DNA from: an uncultured Planctomycetota bacterium
GTDB taxonomy: Bacteria; Planctomycetota; Planctomycetia; Gemmatales; Gemmataceae
DNA length: 64,000 nt
Assembly (NCBI GenBank): GCA_963849325.1
Contig: CAWKHF010000004.1
Location: 160,001-224,000 of the forward strand
Reading direction: 5' to 3'
Shown: one piece after another, positions 44,873-54,378 of the stretch
Layout: every line of letters starts with the position of its first letter
Position numbering within the stretch: position 1 is the first letter of the stretch
Translations under genes and position numbers: made by a program
Notes under the pieces: model-generated
Databases searched by the model: none
What the model saw: only the letters and a program-made list of their open reading frames with translations
What the model was told of the DNA's origin: nothing

Positions 44873-46516
44873 TTATAGTTCACTATCGATGGCCCAGTGG
44901 TGGTCTTCATGGGCCGGCGGTTTCAGGAAATCGCGGAAGCGGAACAGTTCCATGAGGCGGTATCCGGTGTAACGGCCGATGAGCAGCTGCGCCGCCATGA
45001 TAAGCCCGAGCGTCTCGGGGAAGCGAAACATGTGCTGCACCAACTCGCCGCTGCTCAGGACCAGGGCGATGACCGTGGCGATGAGCATGGTCTGGAACAG
45101 CGTGCGGAACGAAGCGCTGGTGCTGTCCTCCGTCTCCAGCGTCCAGAAGCGTTCGACCATGCCGCACAGAATAATCATGGGGAACAGCGAGATATAGCGC
45201 GTTGTGGGAGCGCCATAGACGTTGGCGGCCACCACGGCGGAGATGAGCACGATCATGATGAGCGTCAGCATCGTGGCGACGCGCGGCACTTGCAGCAGGT
45301 GATAGTAGTCCAGGACGCGGCGCATGAGCCAGCCGATGAGCAAGATCGTCACGAACACGAGAATGCCCGGCAGGCTGTGCAGGTCGTGGAATGCCAGCCC
45401 GATTAACGCCGGCGCGAAGGTGCCGAAGCTGCTCAGACCGATGACGTTGCGGAAGACACAGATGATGAGCGCCGCGATGGGCAAGAGCAGTAGGATCTCG
45501 ACGAGGCGGCGCTCGGCCGGCGGCAGGGTGAACAGAGAGAGGTTCAGGAACAGGCGCTTAAGCGGCGAGACGCCCGCTGCGTTGGCGTCGGGCGCCGGCA
45601 GGCGTTCGACGAGGACGGCGAAATCGAGGTCCTTGACGTGCCGCCCGCGTACCAGCGGTTTTTCGCCGAAGCCGAAGACGAGAAAGGTTGAAGGAACGCG
45701 GCCGAAGTGCTGATAGAAGGGGCACATCGGCAGCCAGTGGCCATAGGTGGGCAGCCACGCCTCGACCCAGTAATGGGGCGGCTGTTCCGCCCCTTTGGAC
45801 AGGGCCAGGCCGGTGACTATGCGGGCGGCGATGCCGCGATTGCGCAGCAGCGCCAGCAGCAATCGACTCTTCGCCAAGCGATCGCCGTGCTTGTTTTTCA
45901 GACACTCGACCGCGCCGGCCGAGTCGCCGTCCACCGGGTCGTTCATGATGTCCTGGGCGACGAAGCGATACAGCGCCTCGGCAATGTCGTGCTGGTTGCG
46001 CGGACTGTCCAGGTCGGCGCACAGGTCCCGGGCAACCACCGAGATGGACTCCTCGTTGGCGGCGCGGCCGCTGTCGTTGCCGAGATATTCTCCCGGACGA
46101 GGAGGCGCGTAAAGACCCGTGGTGAGATGTTTCATGAGGGCGTTGGGCCGGTTGACCTCCACGGCGACGTGGAACTCACAGCGGGCGCGGAACGGGCCGT
46201 CGGGCGCTCCGCCGCGCTGCGACCATAATACGAGGCGTCGCTCGGGGTGACGTGCTTCCGGCGGCTTGGGGAACAGTTGCTCGCTCTGGTAGGCGTCGTC
46301 GAGCACCTGTTGGCGGTCGAGATCCAGCGGCGTGGCCGTTGTCAGGCGCGCGTTGCCCAGGCTGGTGCCGTGTACCGCCAGGGTCACTTTCCACGCACCC
46401 GGCCCGCGCGGCCGGCGCAGCTCATCGCCCAGCACCTGTTGACGGACCACCATGACGGCCACGGAAAGCGCGGCCAGGACCGCGGCCGTCAATGCACACA
46501 GCGTCGTCCTTGACAT
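44873..46516 (-). CDS. Inactive transglutaminase fused to 7TM domain
   Basis: TGase-like GDRLAKS...GIAARIVTG...HYWVEAW; 7TM LLPIAALII...NVIGLSSFGTFAP...GRYTGYRLMELFRF. Confidence 0.9.
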   Translation of the reverse strand: MSRTTLCALTAAVLAALSVAVMVVRQQVLGDELRRPRGPGAWKVTLAVHGTSLGNARLTTATPLDLDRQQVLDDAYQSEQLFPKPPEARHPERRLVLWSQRGGAPDGPFRARCEFHVAVEVNRPNALMKHLTTGLYAPPRPGEYLGNDSGRAANEESISVVARDLCADLDSPRNQHDIAEALYRFVAQDIMNDPVDGDSAGAVECLKNKHGDRLAKSRLLLALLRNRGIAARIVTGLALSKGAEQPPHYWVEAWLPTYGHWLPMCPFYQHFGRVPSTFLVFGFGEKPLVRGRHVKDLDFAVLVERLPAPDANAAGVSPLKRLFLNLSLFTLPPAERRLVEILLLLPIAALIICVFRNVIGLSSFGTFAPALIGLAFHDLHSLPGILVFVTILLIGWLMRRVLDYYHLLQVPRVATMLTLIMIVLISAVVAANVYGAPTTRYISLFPMIILCGMVERFWTLETEDSTSASFRTLFQTMLIATVIALVLSSGELVQHMFRFPETLGLIMAAQLLIGRYTGYRLMELFRFRDFLKPPAHEDHHWAIDSEL

Positions 46517-46563
46517 CTGTTTGCCTCTCTACCCGGAGAAACACCACGCCGCGAGGAACTCGC

Positions 46564-48640
46564 TCACTGCCCAGCGCCGGCATTCGCTGGAGTGCCGGCG
46601 CTGGCTTGCACGGACTCCCAGCGGACGTGGAAGCGCAGTGCCTCCGTGTCCTGCGGCCGGGGCATGGCCAGCAGATAGCCGCAGCGACGCCGCTCGTCCC
46701 AGCAGAACACCCAGCGCTTCGACGGCAATCGGCTGCTCAGCTGAGGCGTCAATCCCGCCCGCGCTCGTGGCAGATGGACCTCGGCGAAGATGAACGGCAC
46801 CAATGGCCGCCGCTCCTCGACCTTTTCCTTGCGCACCAGGCCGGCGAATCGTCCGTTGGGCAACAGGGTCACTTGATACTTGTCCGTCCGCACGACCGTT
46901 TGCGCCTGCCTCGGCAGAGACACCGAGATGGTGTTGCCCTGGACCTGGGAACGGACGGAGGGCGGGCGCAAGGCTTCGTTTGCGGACTTAGGGGGCGAGG
47001 GTAGCTTCAAGGTTGGATCGCCCCATAAGGTAAAGGCCCAGGCGGAGCGAAGGTTGGCGCCGGTGCGCGTCGCTCCCTTGCCTAACCGCTTCTCCTTGAG
47101 CAGCGAATAGGCGAGCAGGAAATTCTTGGCCTGCCGCAGTGCGTCGCCGGTCGAGCGGTCTTCGTACAGCAGGGCGTTGAAGAAAGACAGCGAACAGGCC
47201 CCGCCCGAGCCGGAATAGGTGCGCGTCGAGGAGCCGATCACACTGACGGCCCCACGACTGAGGACGGAGCTGGACCGCGCTTCGGTCAGCGCCAGACAGC
47301 TTTGTAAAAAGACGAACGTGGCTGGCAACGGCTCGTCCCAGGTCGGAAACTCGAAGTCGTTCATGAGCGTGCCGGAGTGCCCCTCCCACAAAAACAGGTC
47401 GTGCAACGGCAATTGCCGGCGCACCTCGTCGCGGTTGACCTGGCTTCCGATCATCGTGGTCGTGTCGTAGCCGGCGTTGCGCAGGCTGGCGATGGTGTTG
47501 CGGGAAAAGGTTTCGAGCAGGCTGAGTCCGCCGCCGGAATTGCTCGCCACCAGCGCCTTGCGCGGTCCCTGTGCCTCGGCCAACAGCCGTTGGCGGGCCA
47601 GCATCAACGTCACCACGGCGCGGTCGGCGTGGAAGAGCCGGCCGGTGGCGAAGGTGAACGGTCGATTGCCGCTGGGCGTCAACGGCTCCATCTCGATGTG
47701 CGGATCCTTGTCGCCGGGGATGGGATTGGGTCGCTGCCACATCGGAATCGCTCGCAGGTTGGCCACGAGCAGCATCGCATCCACGCGGCGCAGCGCCTCG
47801 CGCCGCAGGGCGCGGTCCATGACATCGGCCACGTTCGTCCCCGCCGGATTGGTCAGCAACAGGGCGGCGTGCTTGCGCAGCGCGATCCACGGCGCCAGCG
47901 CCGACGTGCCGCCAAGGTCACCGCGCACGTCGGCCGGGTTCGTCACGACCACGGTTTCGATACGCTCTCGGCGGGCCAGTTGCTTTTGATACGCGATTGC
48001 CACGGCGCATCTCGCTCGCCAGCGGGATGCGTTCGACGCCTGGAAGCTGTGCGGCGAGCTTGTCGGCCTTGCCGACGAGGTAGACGCGCTGTGTCTGCCA
48101 TTCGCCGAGTCGTTTCGCCAGCTTGATTTCTTCTCCGCTGCGGCCATGTACCACGTACAGCGGCGCATGCAGCACTCCGGCGAGGCAGGCCGCCTGGAGC
48201 AAGGCTCCGCGCGGATGGGCCGGACAGACAACCACGTCGTCGGCCCGGCGGAACAGGGATCGCCAGAGACTGGTCGGCGGCCCGTGCGTCCACACCACCG
48301 GGGACGACGTCTTGATGCCCAGGCGGCCTTCCATCTCATGGACCGCCTCGGCGCTGGTTCCTACAGGAACGATACGCGCCGGCTTGTAGGCGTTCAGGAA
48401 CGCCTTCAGGTACGGTGCGGCCTTCGAGGAATCGAGCAGCAAGACACTGTCCTCGCGCCACGCGGACAGGGCGGCACTCAGGACGATCAGGTTTTCGTCG
48501 GGCAGATCGCCGGCCAGGTAGACGGCACGCTCCGCCTGCGGCGACGCGGCCGATAGACGCGGACTTGCACTCGCCGCGCAAACGACCAGCGCCAGGGCGA
48601 GGCAGGCCGAACGACTGAGCATCCGTGCGAGAAAGGGCAT
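46564..48640 (-). CDS. Exported C25 (gingipain/caspase-fold) peptidase-like protein; frameshift near 48000
   Basis: Signal peptide; FATGRL, WEGHS (His), FLQSCL (Cys), TGDALRQAKN, FTLWGDPTL. Confidence 0.72.
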
Positions 48641-48889
48641 TGATGAGGATCCTCAGAACAAGGGCGGTTGGCTGAGTTCGTGGGAGCCGCCGCGGTCAGA
48701 GAGGAAACGCTACCCGGCTGACATGCCGTTGAGCACGGCCGACATCTTGCAACACGTCCGGGAAAAATGCCAGAGCATTACCCCGGCCGACGAGACGATA
48801 GCGAAGGCACGAAGACCGTGGAAGCTGGGTCATCCGGGACGAGGCGGCGGCGTTGTTCATTCCGGCCCCAGTTGCTACGATGGGTCGCC

Positions 48890-49597
48890 ATGAAGGACAC
48901 GAACCCCCTCCGTACTCGCGCCGGCCAGATCGTTCGTCAGCTGTCCCGGCTTTACCCCGACGCCCACTGCGCCCTGCATTACGCCAACCCCCTGCAGCTC
49001 CTCGTCGCCACCATCCTCTCGGCCCAGTGTACCGACGAGCGCGTCAACCAGGTCACGCCGGCCTTGTTCGTCCGCTACCCCGACGCCCTCGCCTTCGCCA
49101 CGGCCAACCCCGCCGAGCTGGAGACGAGGATTAAATCGACCGGCTTCTTTCGCAACAAGGCGAAGAACATCATCGCCTGCTGCCGGCAACTGATGGAGCA
49201 TCATGGCGGTCAGGTGCCGCGGACGATGGAAGAGCTGGTGCCGCTGCCCGGCGTCGGACGCAAGACGGCGAACGTCCTCCTCGGCAACGCCTTCGACGTC
49301 CCCGGCATCCCGGTCGATACGCACGTATCTCGACTGAGTTATCGCATGGGCTTCACGGAACACTACGAACCCGTGAAGATCGAGCGCGACCTGATGGCCC
49401 TGATTCCGCGCGAAGAATGGACGATGTTCGGCCATCGCATGATCTTCCACGGTCGGCAGGTCTGCCACGCGCGCAAACCGCTGTGCGATTCGTGCGTCCT
49501 GGCCAAGCTCTGTCCACGGCGCGGCGTGGAGGAGTTGGAGAAAATCGGGGAGCATATCGATGAAATCAAAGAGAGACAAAGGAAGGGGGTAAAATGA
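48890..49597 (+). CDS. nth: Endonuclease III
   Basis: LLVATILSAQCTD, HhH LPGVGRKTANV, VDTHV, 4Fe-4S CHARKPLCDSCVLAKLC. Confidence 0.96.
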   Translation: MKDTNPLRTRAGQIVRQLSRLYPDAHCALHYANPLQLLVATILSAQCTDERVNQVTPALFVRYPDALAFATANPAELETRIKSTGFFRNKAKNIIACCRQLMEHHGGQVPRTMEELVPLPGVGRKTANVLLGNAFDVPGIPVDTHVSRLSYRMGFTEHYEPVKIERDLMALIPREEWTMFGHRMIFHGRQVCHARKPLCDSCVLAKLCPRRGVEELEKIGEHIDEIKERQRKGVK

Positions 49598-50822
49598 ACA
49601 CCTTGCTCGATCGCTTTTGCCGTTACGTCCGCATCGACACCACGGCCGATGAGTCGGCCACGATCTATCCCAGCTCGCCGGGACAACTCGAACTTGGGCG
49701 AATGCTGACGGAGGAACTGCGCAGGCCTGGGTTTGCGCGACGCCGTTCAGGACGAACACGGCATCGTCCTGGCCACGATCCCCGCCACGGTTCGGCACAG
49801 CGCCCCGACCATCGCCTGGATCGCCCACGTCGATACCTCGCCGGAGACGACCGGCCGCAATGTCCAACCGATCGTCCACGCCAACTACGATGGCCGCGAC
49901 ATCGTGCTGCCGGGCGATCCGAGCAAGGTGATCCGTACCGCCGACAATCCCGAGCTGCTAACGCTCAAGGGTAAGACCCTCATCACGACCGACGGCACGA
50001 CGCTGCTGGGCGCCGACGACAAGGCGGGCGTGGCCGTCATCATGGAGGCGGCGGCCCAGCTGATGGCCCGGCCGGAGTTGCCGCACGGGCCGATTCGCGT
50101 CTGCTTCACCTGCGACGAGGAGATCGGCCACGGCGTCGATCACGTCGATCTGACCAGGCTGGGCGCGGTCGTCGGTTACACGCTGGACGGCGGTGGGCAG
50201 GGCGAGATCGACGGCGAGACGTTCTCCGCCGACCTCGCCGTCGTCACCATCCGCGGCATCAACATTCACCCCGCCATCGCCAAGGGACGCATGGTCAACG
50301 CGGTGCGCCTGGCCGGCTTGTTCCTCGATCGACTGCCGCGCCTGTGTCAGTCGCCGGAGACGACCGCCGACCGTGAGGGATTTCTGCATCCCTACCGCAT
50401 CGAGGGCGGCGTCGCTGAAGTGACCCTGCGCATTCTGCTGCGCGACTTCGACACGCCGCGCCTCGCCGAGCACGCCGAGCTGCTGCGCACGATTGCCCGC
50501 ACCATCCAGGCGGAGTATCCGCAGGCGTTGATCGACGTCAAGGTGACGCCGCAGTATCGCAACATGGCCGACGGCTTGGCGAAGGAGCCGCGCGCCCTGG
50601 CGTGTGCGCGAGGAGGCGATGCGCCGGGCCGGCCTGGAGCCGAAATTGACTATCGTGCGCGGCGGCACGGACGGCTCGCGCCTGACCGAATTGGGCCTGC
50701 CCACGCCGAACCTCTCGACCGGCGAGCACAACCTGCACTCGCCGCTGGAGTGGACGTGCCTGGAGGAGATGGCCACGGCCGTGCGCGTGCTGGTGGAGTT
50801 GGCCAAAGTTTGGGCCGAATGA
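49594..50822 (+). CDS. pepT: Peptidase T; frameshifts near 49725 and 50605
   Basis: AHVDTSP, TDGTTLLGADDKAG, DEEIG, RGGTDG, HSPLEW. Confidence 0.93.
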
Positions 50823-51014
50823 GCGGTCCCGTTGGATGGCCCTGTTACCATCGTTGCGCGTGAATGCGGGGGCTGACGTAGCGCTCGTTGACCTCCGGAT
50901 GGATGGCTCCTTTCTCGACCCGGCAGTTTGACCGGCCGACAGCAGCGGTCTAAAGTTGTTCGCCGCCACAAGGCGGGATAGATACTCTCCGGTCAATGGA
51001 AGGATGGATCAGCG

Positions 51015-51221
51015 ATGGGTGCAGAACTCAGTCCGGCGTTTTGGCTTGTCACCACCGCTGTTGCCGGCACCTTCGCATTCCTTGCCATCAGCCGCCCGTG
51101 GCGATTTCTCCGGGCGAGAACGCACTGCCCGCAGTGTAAAAAGATGCTGCCGCGCTGGAACTGCTGGGGATGGGCGCAGGTCTGGTCCTGCTCGCGCTGT
51201 GGCTGTCAGGTCGGCCGCTAA
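51015..51221 (+). CDS. Small membrane-anchored zinc-ribbon protein
   Basis: N-terminal TM, then CPQC and CSRC; AGGA RBS. Confidence 0.6.
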   Translation: MGAELSPAFWLVTTAVAGTFAFLAISRPWRFLRARTHCPQCKKMLPRWNCWGWAQVWSCSRCGCQVGR

Positions 51222-51278
51222 CCACCTACCACCTACCGGCAGCGCCGCGCGTCGAGCCGTCGGCACGCTGTGAAGGCG

Positions 51279-51680
51279 TCAAACCTCATCCTGTCCGGCG
51301 CCGTCCCCGGCTGAATAGAGACCCTGCGGGGAAAGCTCTGGGACGAGTACGGACGGAATAGTCGCCGCGGCAGGGAGGAGAGGCACGAGGCGGGGCCGGT
51401 TCGGTTCATCGGGGCGGCTCGCGGCGCTGGAGGCGCCCGTTGGCCGTAGCACGTCGGTGACGTCCTCGATCTCTTCCGCTGCGAAGACGGTCCAACAGCC
51501 GATCGCTTCGCCGTCCATGCGCACATAGTAAGATTCCCAGCCGGCCTCCGAGGCTTCCTTGCCCCCCAGCACCGTACCCTGACAGCCAGGGAGATAGCCT
51601 CGCGTCAGACCTGGCGTCGTTACGCGCACTCGGTCGCCCGCCTTGAACTCGCCTCGCATATTCCGGCCCTCGGACGCCAT
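51279..51680 (-). CDS. Hypothetical protein with SH3/KOW-like N-terminus
   Basis: FKAGDRVRV...GTV...YYVRMD...FAAEEIE pattern. Confidence 0.45.
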   Translation of the reverse strand: MASEGRNMRGEFKAGDRVRVTTPGLTRGYLPGCQGTVLGGKEASEAGWESYYVRMDGEAIGCWTVFAAEEIEDVTDVLRPTGASSAASRPDEPNRPRLVPLLPAAATIPSVLVPELSPQGLYSAGDGAGQDEV

Positions 51681-52020
51681 TGTCCTGCTACCCTCCGAGG
51701 CAAGTTTGCTCCGCGCCCGGGGGCGAGTCAATGGTTGCGGGCGGCGCCGGACGGAGTTTTTCGTCGCCGATTCAGGGACCGACGCAAAGATACGCCACGG
51801 ACATGCGTGGAAAGGTGGCACGCCGGCCGGCACCCTGCGGAACCAGGGTCGGAAGTATCCCGGCTTCGCGCCGGCCGCGTCCCGCAGGCTGGCGCAAGGC
51901 CATCGGGGCCGGATCGCGCGGAAGAAGGCGGAGCGTTCCGCATTCTCATGGGGTCTGATGCCGCGCCTCCGACCACCGGAGGGTACGCTTAAATTGCGTT
52001 CAGTCTTCCCTTTAGGTCAG

Positions 52021-52093
52021 TAGCGGCGGCTGGGATCGAACCAGCGACACGCGGCTTATGAAGCCGCTGCTCTAACCGCTGAGCTACGCCGCC
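52021..52093 (-). tRNA. tRNA-Met (CAT), probably elongator; CCA not encoded
   Basis: GGCGGCG acceptor stem, TAGCTCAG D-arm, GCGGC-TTCATAA-GCCGC anticodon arm, GGTTCGATCC T-arm. Confidence 0.93.
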
Positions 52094-52124
52094 AATGGAG
52101 AGCAAGTCATCCTGTCTGACAATG

Positions 52125-52152
52125 ATTCTACCCCTCCGGTTCGCCCTGGCAA
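52125..52152 (-). promoter_or_regulatory. Sigma70 promoter of the tRNA
   Basis: Minus-strand TTGCCA-16-TAGAAT. Confidence 0.65.
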
Positions 52153-52289
52153 GCCCGTCAAATCCTACGAAGACCACTCTCTCAGGTAGCGGTCGATGTA
52201 GAAGGCATAAAATAAGGTCGCGGGTTCCAGAGGAGACGTTGCGGTCGGCACACGCTCGTCCCGCGTCGTCTGTCTCAACGGGCTTTGAT

Positions 52290-53115
52290 TCAATGCGGCG
52301 GCAATTGCGGATTGCCGGCCGCTTCCTTGTCGTGGATCTCGATAGCTGTCACGCAATTCGTCAGCGCTCCCGTCATTATGTGGACCTTCACCCATGAATG
52401 CTCCGCGTGCGTCCGGCCGTATTTCTCGTCGTACCAGCGGTCGAACCTGCACGCGGAGAAACCCGACGAATCCGCCACAAACTTCGTTTCCAGAGCCTTG
52501 AGCGCAAGGGGGTCCGAGACACCATCCAGCGCAGGACCGGCGTAGCTTCCTCGCTCTCAAAGAACCGGGCGATGACGCTGTAGGAAACCGCCTCGCCGAC
52601 GTGGCCCTTCTCTTGCGCATGCGCAGGTCCGTCATAAATCTCCTGCCGGATAGGGTGGAAAACACCTTGAAACAGGCGGCGAACGCTTGATCCGCAAGGC
52701 GAGCAGGCGGACGGACGCGCGTTGACTCACGCTCCGGTTACTCGATGCCGGCGCATAAATCGGTCAGTAATTGTAGAAATTCTGCTTTCTCGTTGGTCTG
52801 TGCGGCGCCGTAGGCGGGCCAGTCCTGTTTGTAGGTTTTTCGCGGGCGCTGGATCGGTTCGCCGCCGACAATCTCCCGTATTGGCTTGCCGAGCCGAGCA
52901 TCGGAACTCTTGCGGAGTATGTCCACGCGGACGGCGATGACATGCTTGCACGGCTCTTGTCTCAGTTCATAATCCGCGCAGGTACAAGAGACGGGATGGA
53001 GCGTCACCTTGTACTTCTCGACAGAAGTAAGGGAGAAGACGAGCCTGTGTCCGTCCTGCTTAATGACGCGGCCACGGACAACGAGTTCTCTGGCTTTTTC
53101 CATGCGAGCGTCCAT
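52290..53115 (-). pseudogene. Transposase remnant with N-terminal SWIM zinc finger
   Basis: CTCADY...CKH SWIM; DWPAY, DSSG and WVKVHI resemble IS903 NWPTY, DSTG and WRKLHL; in-frame TAA at 52738, frameshifts, C-terminal half missing. Confidence 0.8.
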
Positions 53116-53299
53116 CGAATAATCTCCGATGATGTCCGCACGACGAAGCCGGATAATGAGGTTGTGACACCGTCCGGCTTCGGTCGTGCGGCTGACCAGC
53201 CCTGATGGAAGTTGGCACTTCCATCAGGGCTTTACTTTTCACGAGTTATATGGTAATAAAAATAGTCAGAAAATCGCAGGTCCATAGGAAGGAGAAATC

Positions 53300-53503
53300 A
53301 TGGGCAGGCCACGAAAAAGCGGGGATTTGCTGATGAATGTGCCGCTGCGGATCATGCTGACGACCGTACAGAAGCACATGATCGACGAAGCGGCTCAAAT
53401 GGACGGATTGGACACGTCAGCGTGGGCGCACCCCATTCTACTGAGGGCGGCGCAGGAACGGGTTGCGAGAGCCGGCGCGGCCAAGAAACGGACGACGAAG
53501 TGA
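53300..53503 (+). CDS. Small ribbon-helix-helix (DUF1778-like) DNA-binding protein
   Basis: AGGAGA RBS; MGRPRK...PLRIMLT..QKHMIDEAA...TSAWAHPILLRAA. Confidence 0.7.
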   Translation: MGRPRKSGDLLMNVPLRIMLTTVQKHMIDEAAQMDGLDTSAWAHPILLRAAQERVARAGAAKKRTTK

Positions 53504-53957
53504 ATACATCAAAAAGGCAGCATATATCAGAGGACACGCCGGGGCACTGGTGGTTCGCGTTCTCCCACATTCCCGCTACGACAGTAGCGAGATATTGTCA
53601 CAGCTGATACTATGAAACGCCAAGAGCCGAGCCTTGCTGGTAACAAGGTCGGCCCTTGACGATTCGCCCTTCCTATCTGGCGTGGCGGCGCGTTTGCTGT
53701 GTAGGCTACCGCCGCCTCGTCAGAGCATCTAGAAAGGGTTCCTCTATTGGGAACTCGTAAACGGGCTGCGCACTTCCGCCGTCACCTCCGTTGTCTCCAG
53801 CGGTCCCTAGCGTCTCGGCTCCGATTGCTCCATCGTCGGCGATTCTGGCTCAGCTTTCCGCGCCGTAAGCTTCGCTCGATGTTGGGTACGCGCCGTAGTC
53901 ACTGACCGCTAGGAGTCCTATCGACTAGGGTGTCCTCCGTATCGGAGGACACCTGAT

Positions 53958-54056
53958 TTATCCACTGTTTTCCACAGACGGCCACCGCTATCCACAGGTA
54001 GCCAAGTGTGTCCACCTGTGTCCACCTGTGTCCACCTGTGTCCACCTGTGTCCACG
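53958..54056. repeat. 10-bp-period tandem array of DnaA-box-like units
   Basis: TCCAC or a close variant at 53961, 53971, 53981, 53991, 54001, 54011, 54021, 54031, 54041 and 54051. Confidence 0.85.
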
Positions 54057-54378
54057 TCATCCATAATACACGCTAGCGTTACTTTCGCAACCAGTATCCT
54101 AGTTGCCTGGTTACCTAGTTACTGGTTACTCATCATTCAGGATGACCAGAATCCTCAGATTTCCAGTCATTCCTTGAATCATCGCTGCTCATTTAGTGCA
54201 GCCTAAGCATCTTGCCAGTGTCGAGATTTCTGCAACAGCGGGCTGATTCAAGAATCAACCGCGTTTAGTGTATCAAAGCCGTCTCAACGTCCTAGACTTC
54301 TCACTCCGCACCGCTCCGCGTCCGGTGTCGGCGATGTCCGGCTGGGGAAGGCGTAGGAGATATTTGTACAATAACGAC

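Larger units (their letters stand above)
52281..54280. mobile_element. IS5-family (IS903-group-like) element, 2,000 bp, non-autonomous
   Basis: Terminal IRs GGCTTTGATTCA / TGTATCAAAGCC; 9-bp direct repeat GTCTCAACG at 52272-52280 and 54281-54289; lower GC. Confidence 0.88.

Noticed and set aside
51700-52093. tRNA-targeted integrative island
   Set aside because: No integrase and no duplicated tRNA 3' end seen; the nearby element has its own TIRs and TSD and lies upstream of the tRNA
52021-52093. tRNA-Ile2 or initiator tRNA-fMet
   Set aside because: No C1:A72 mismatch or GGG/CCC anticodon stem of fMet; the GGCGGCG acceptor resembles elongator Met. Ile2 is not fully excluded.
54006-54206. 66-aa ORF and possible CRISPR array
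   Set aside because: The ORF is a translation of the 10-bp tandem repeat; there are no unique spacers and no cas genes
53958-54280. Chromosomal oriC
   Set aside because: Boxes lie inside a TSD-bounded insertion, and no dnaA, dnaN or similar genes are nearby; kept only as a DnaA-box-like array
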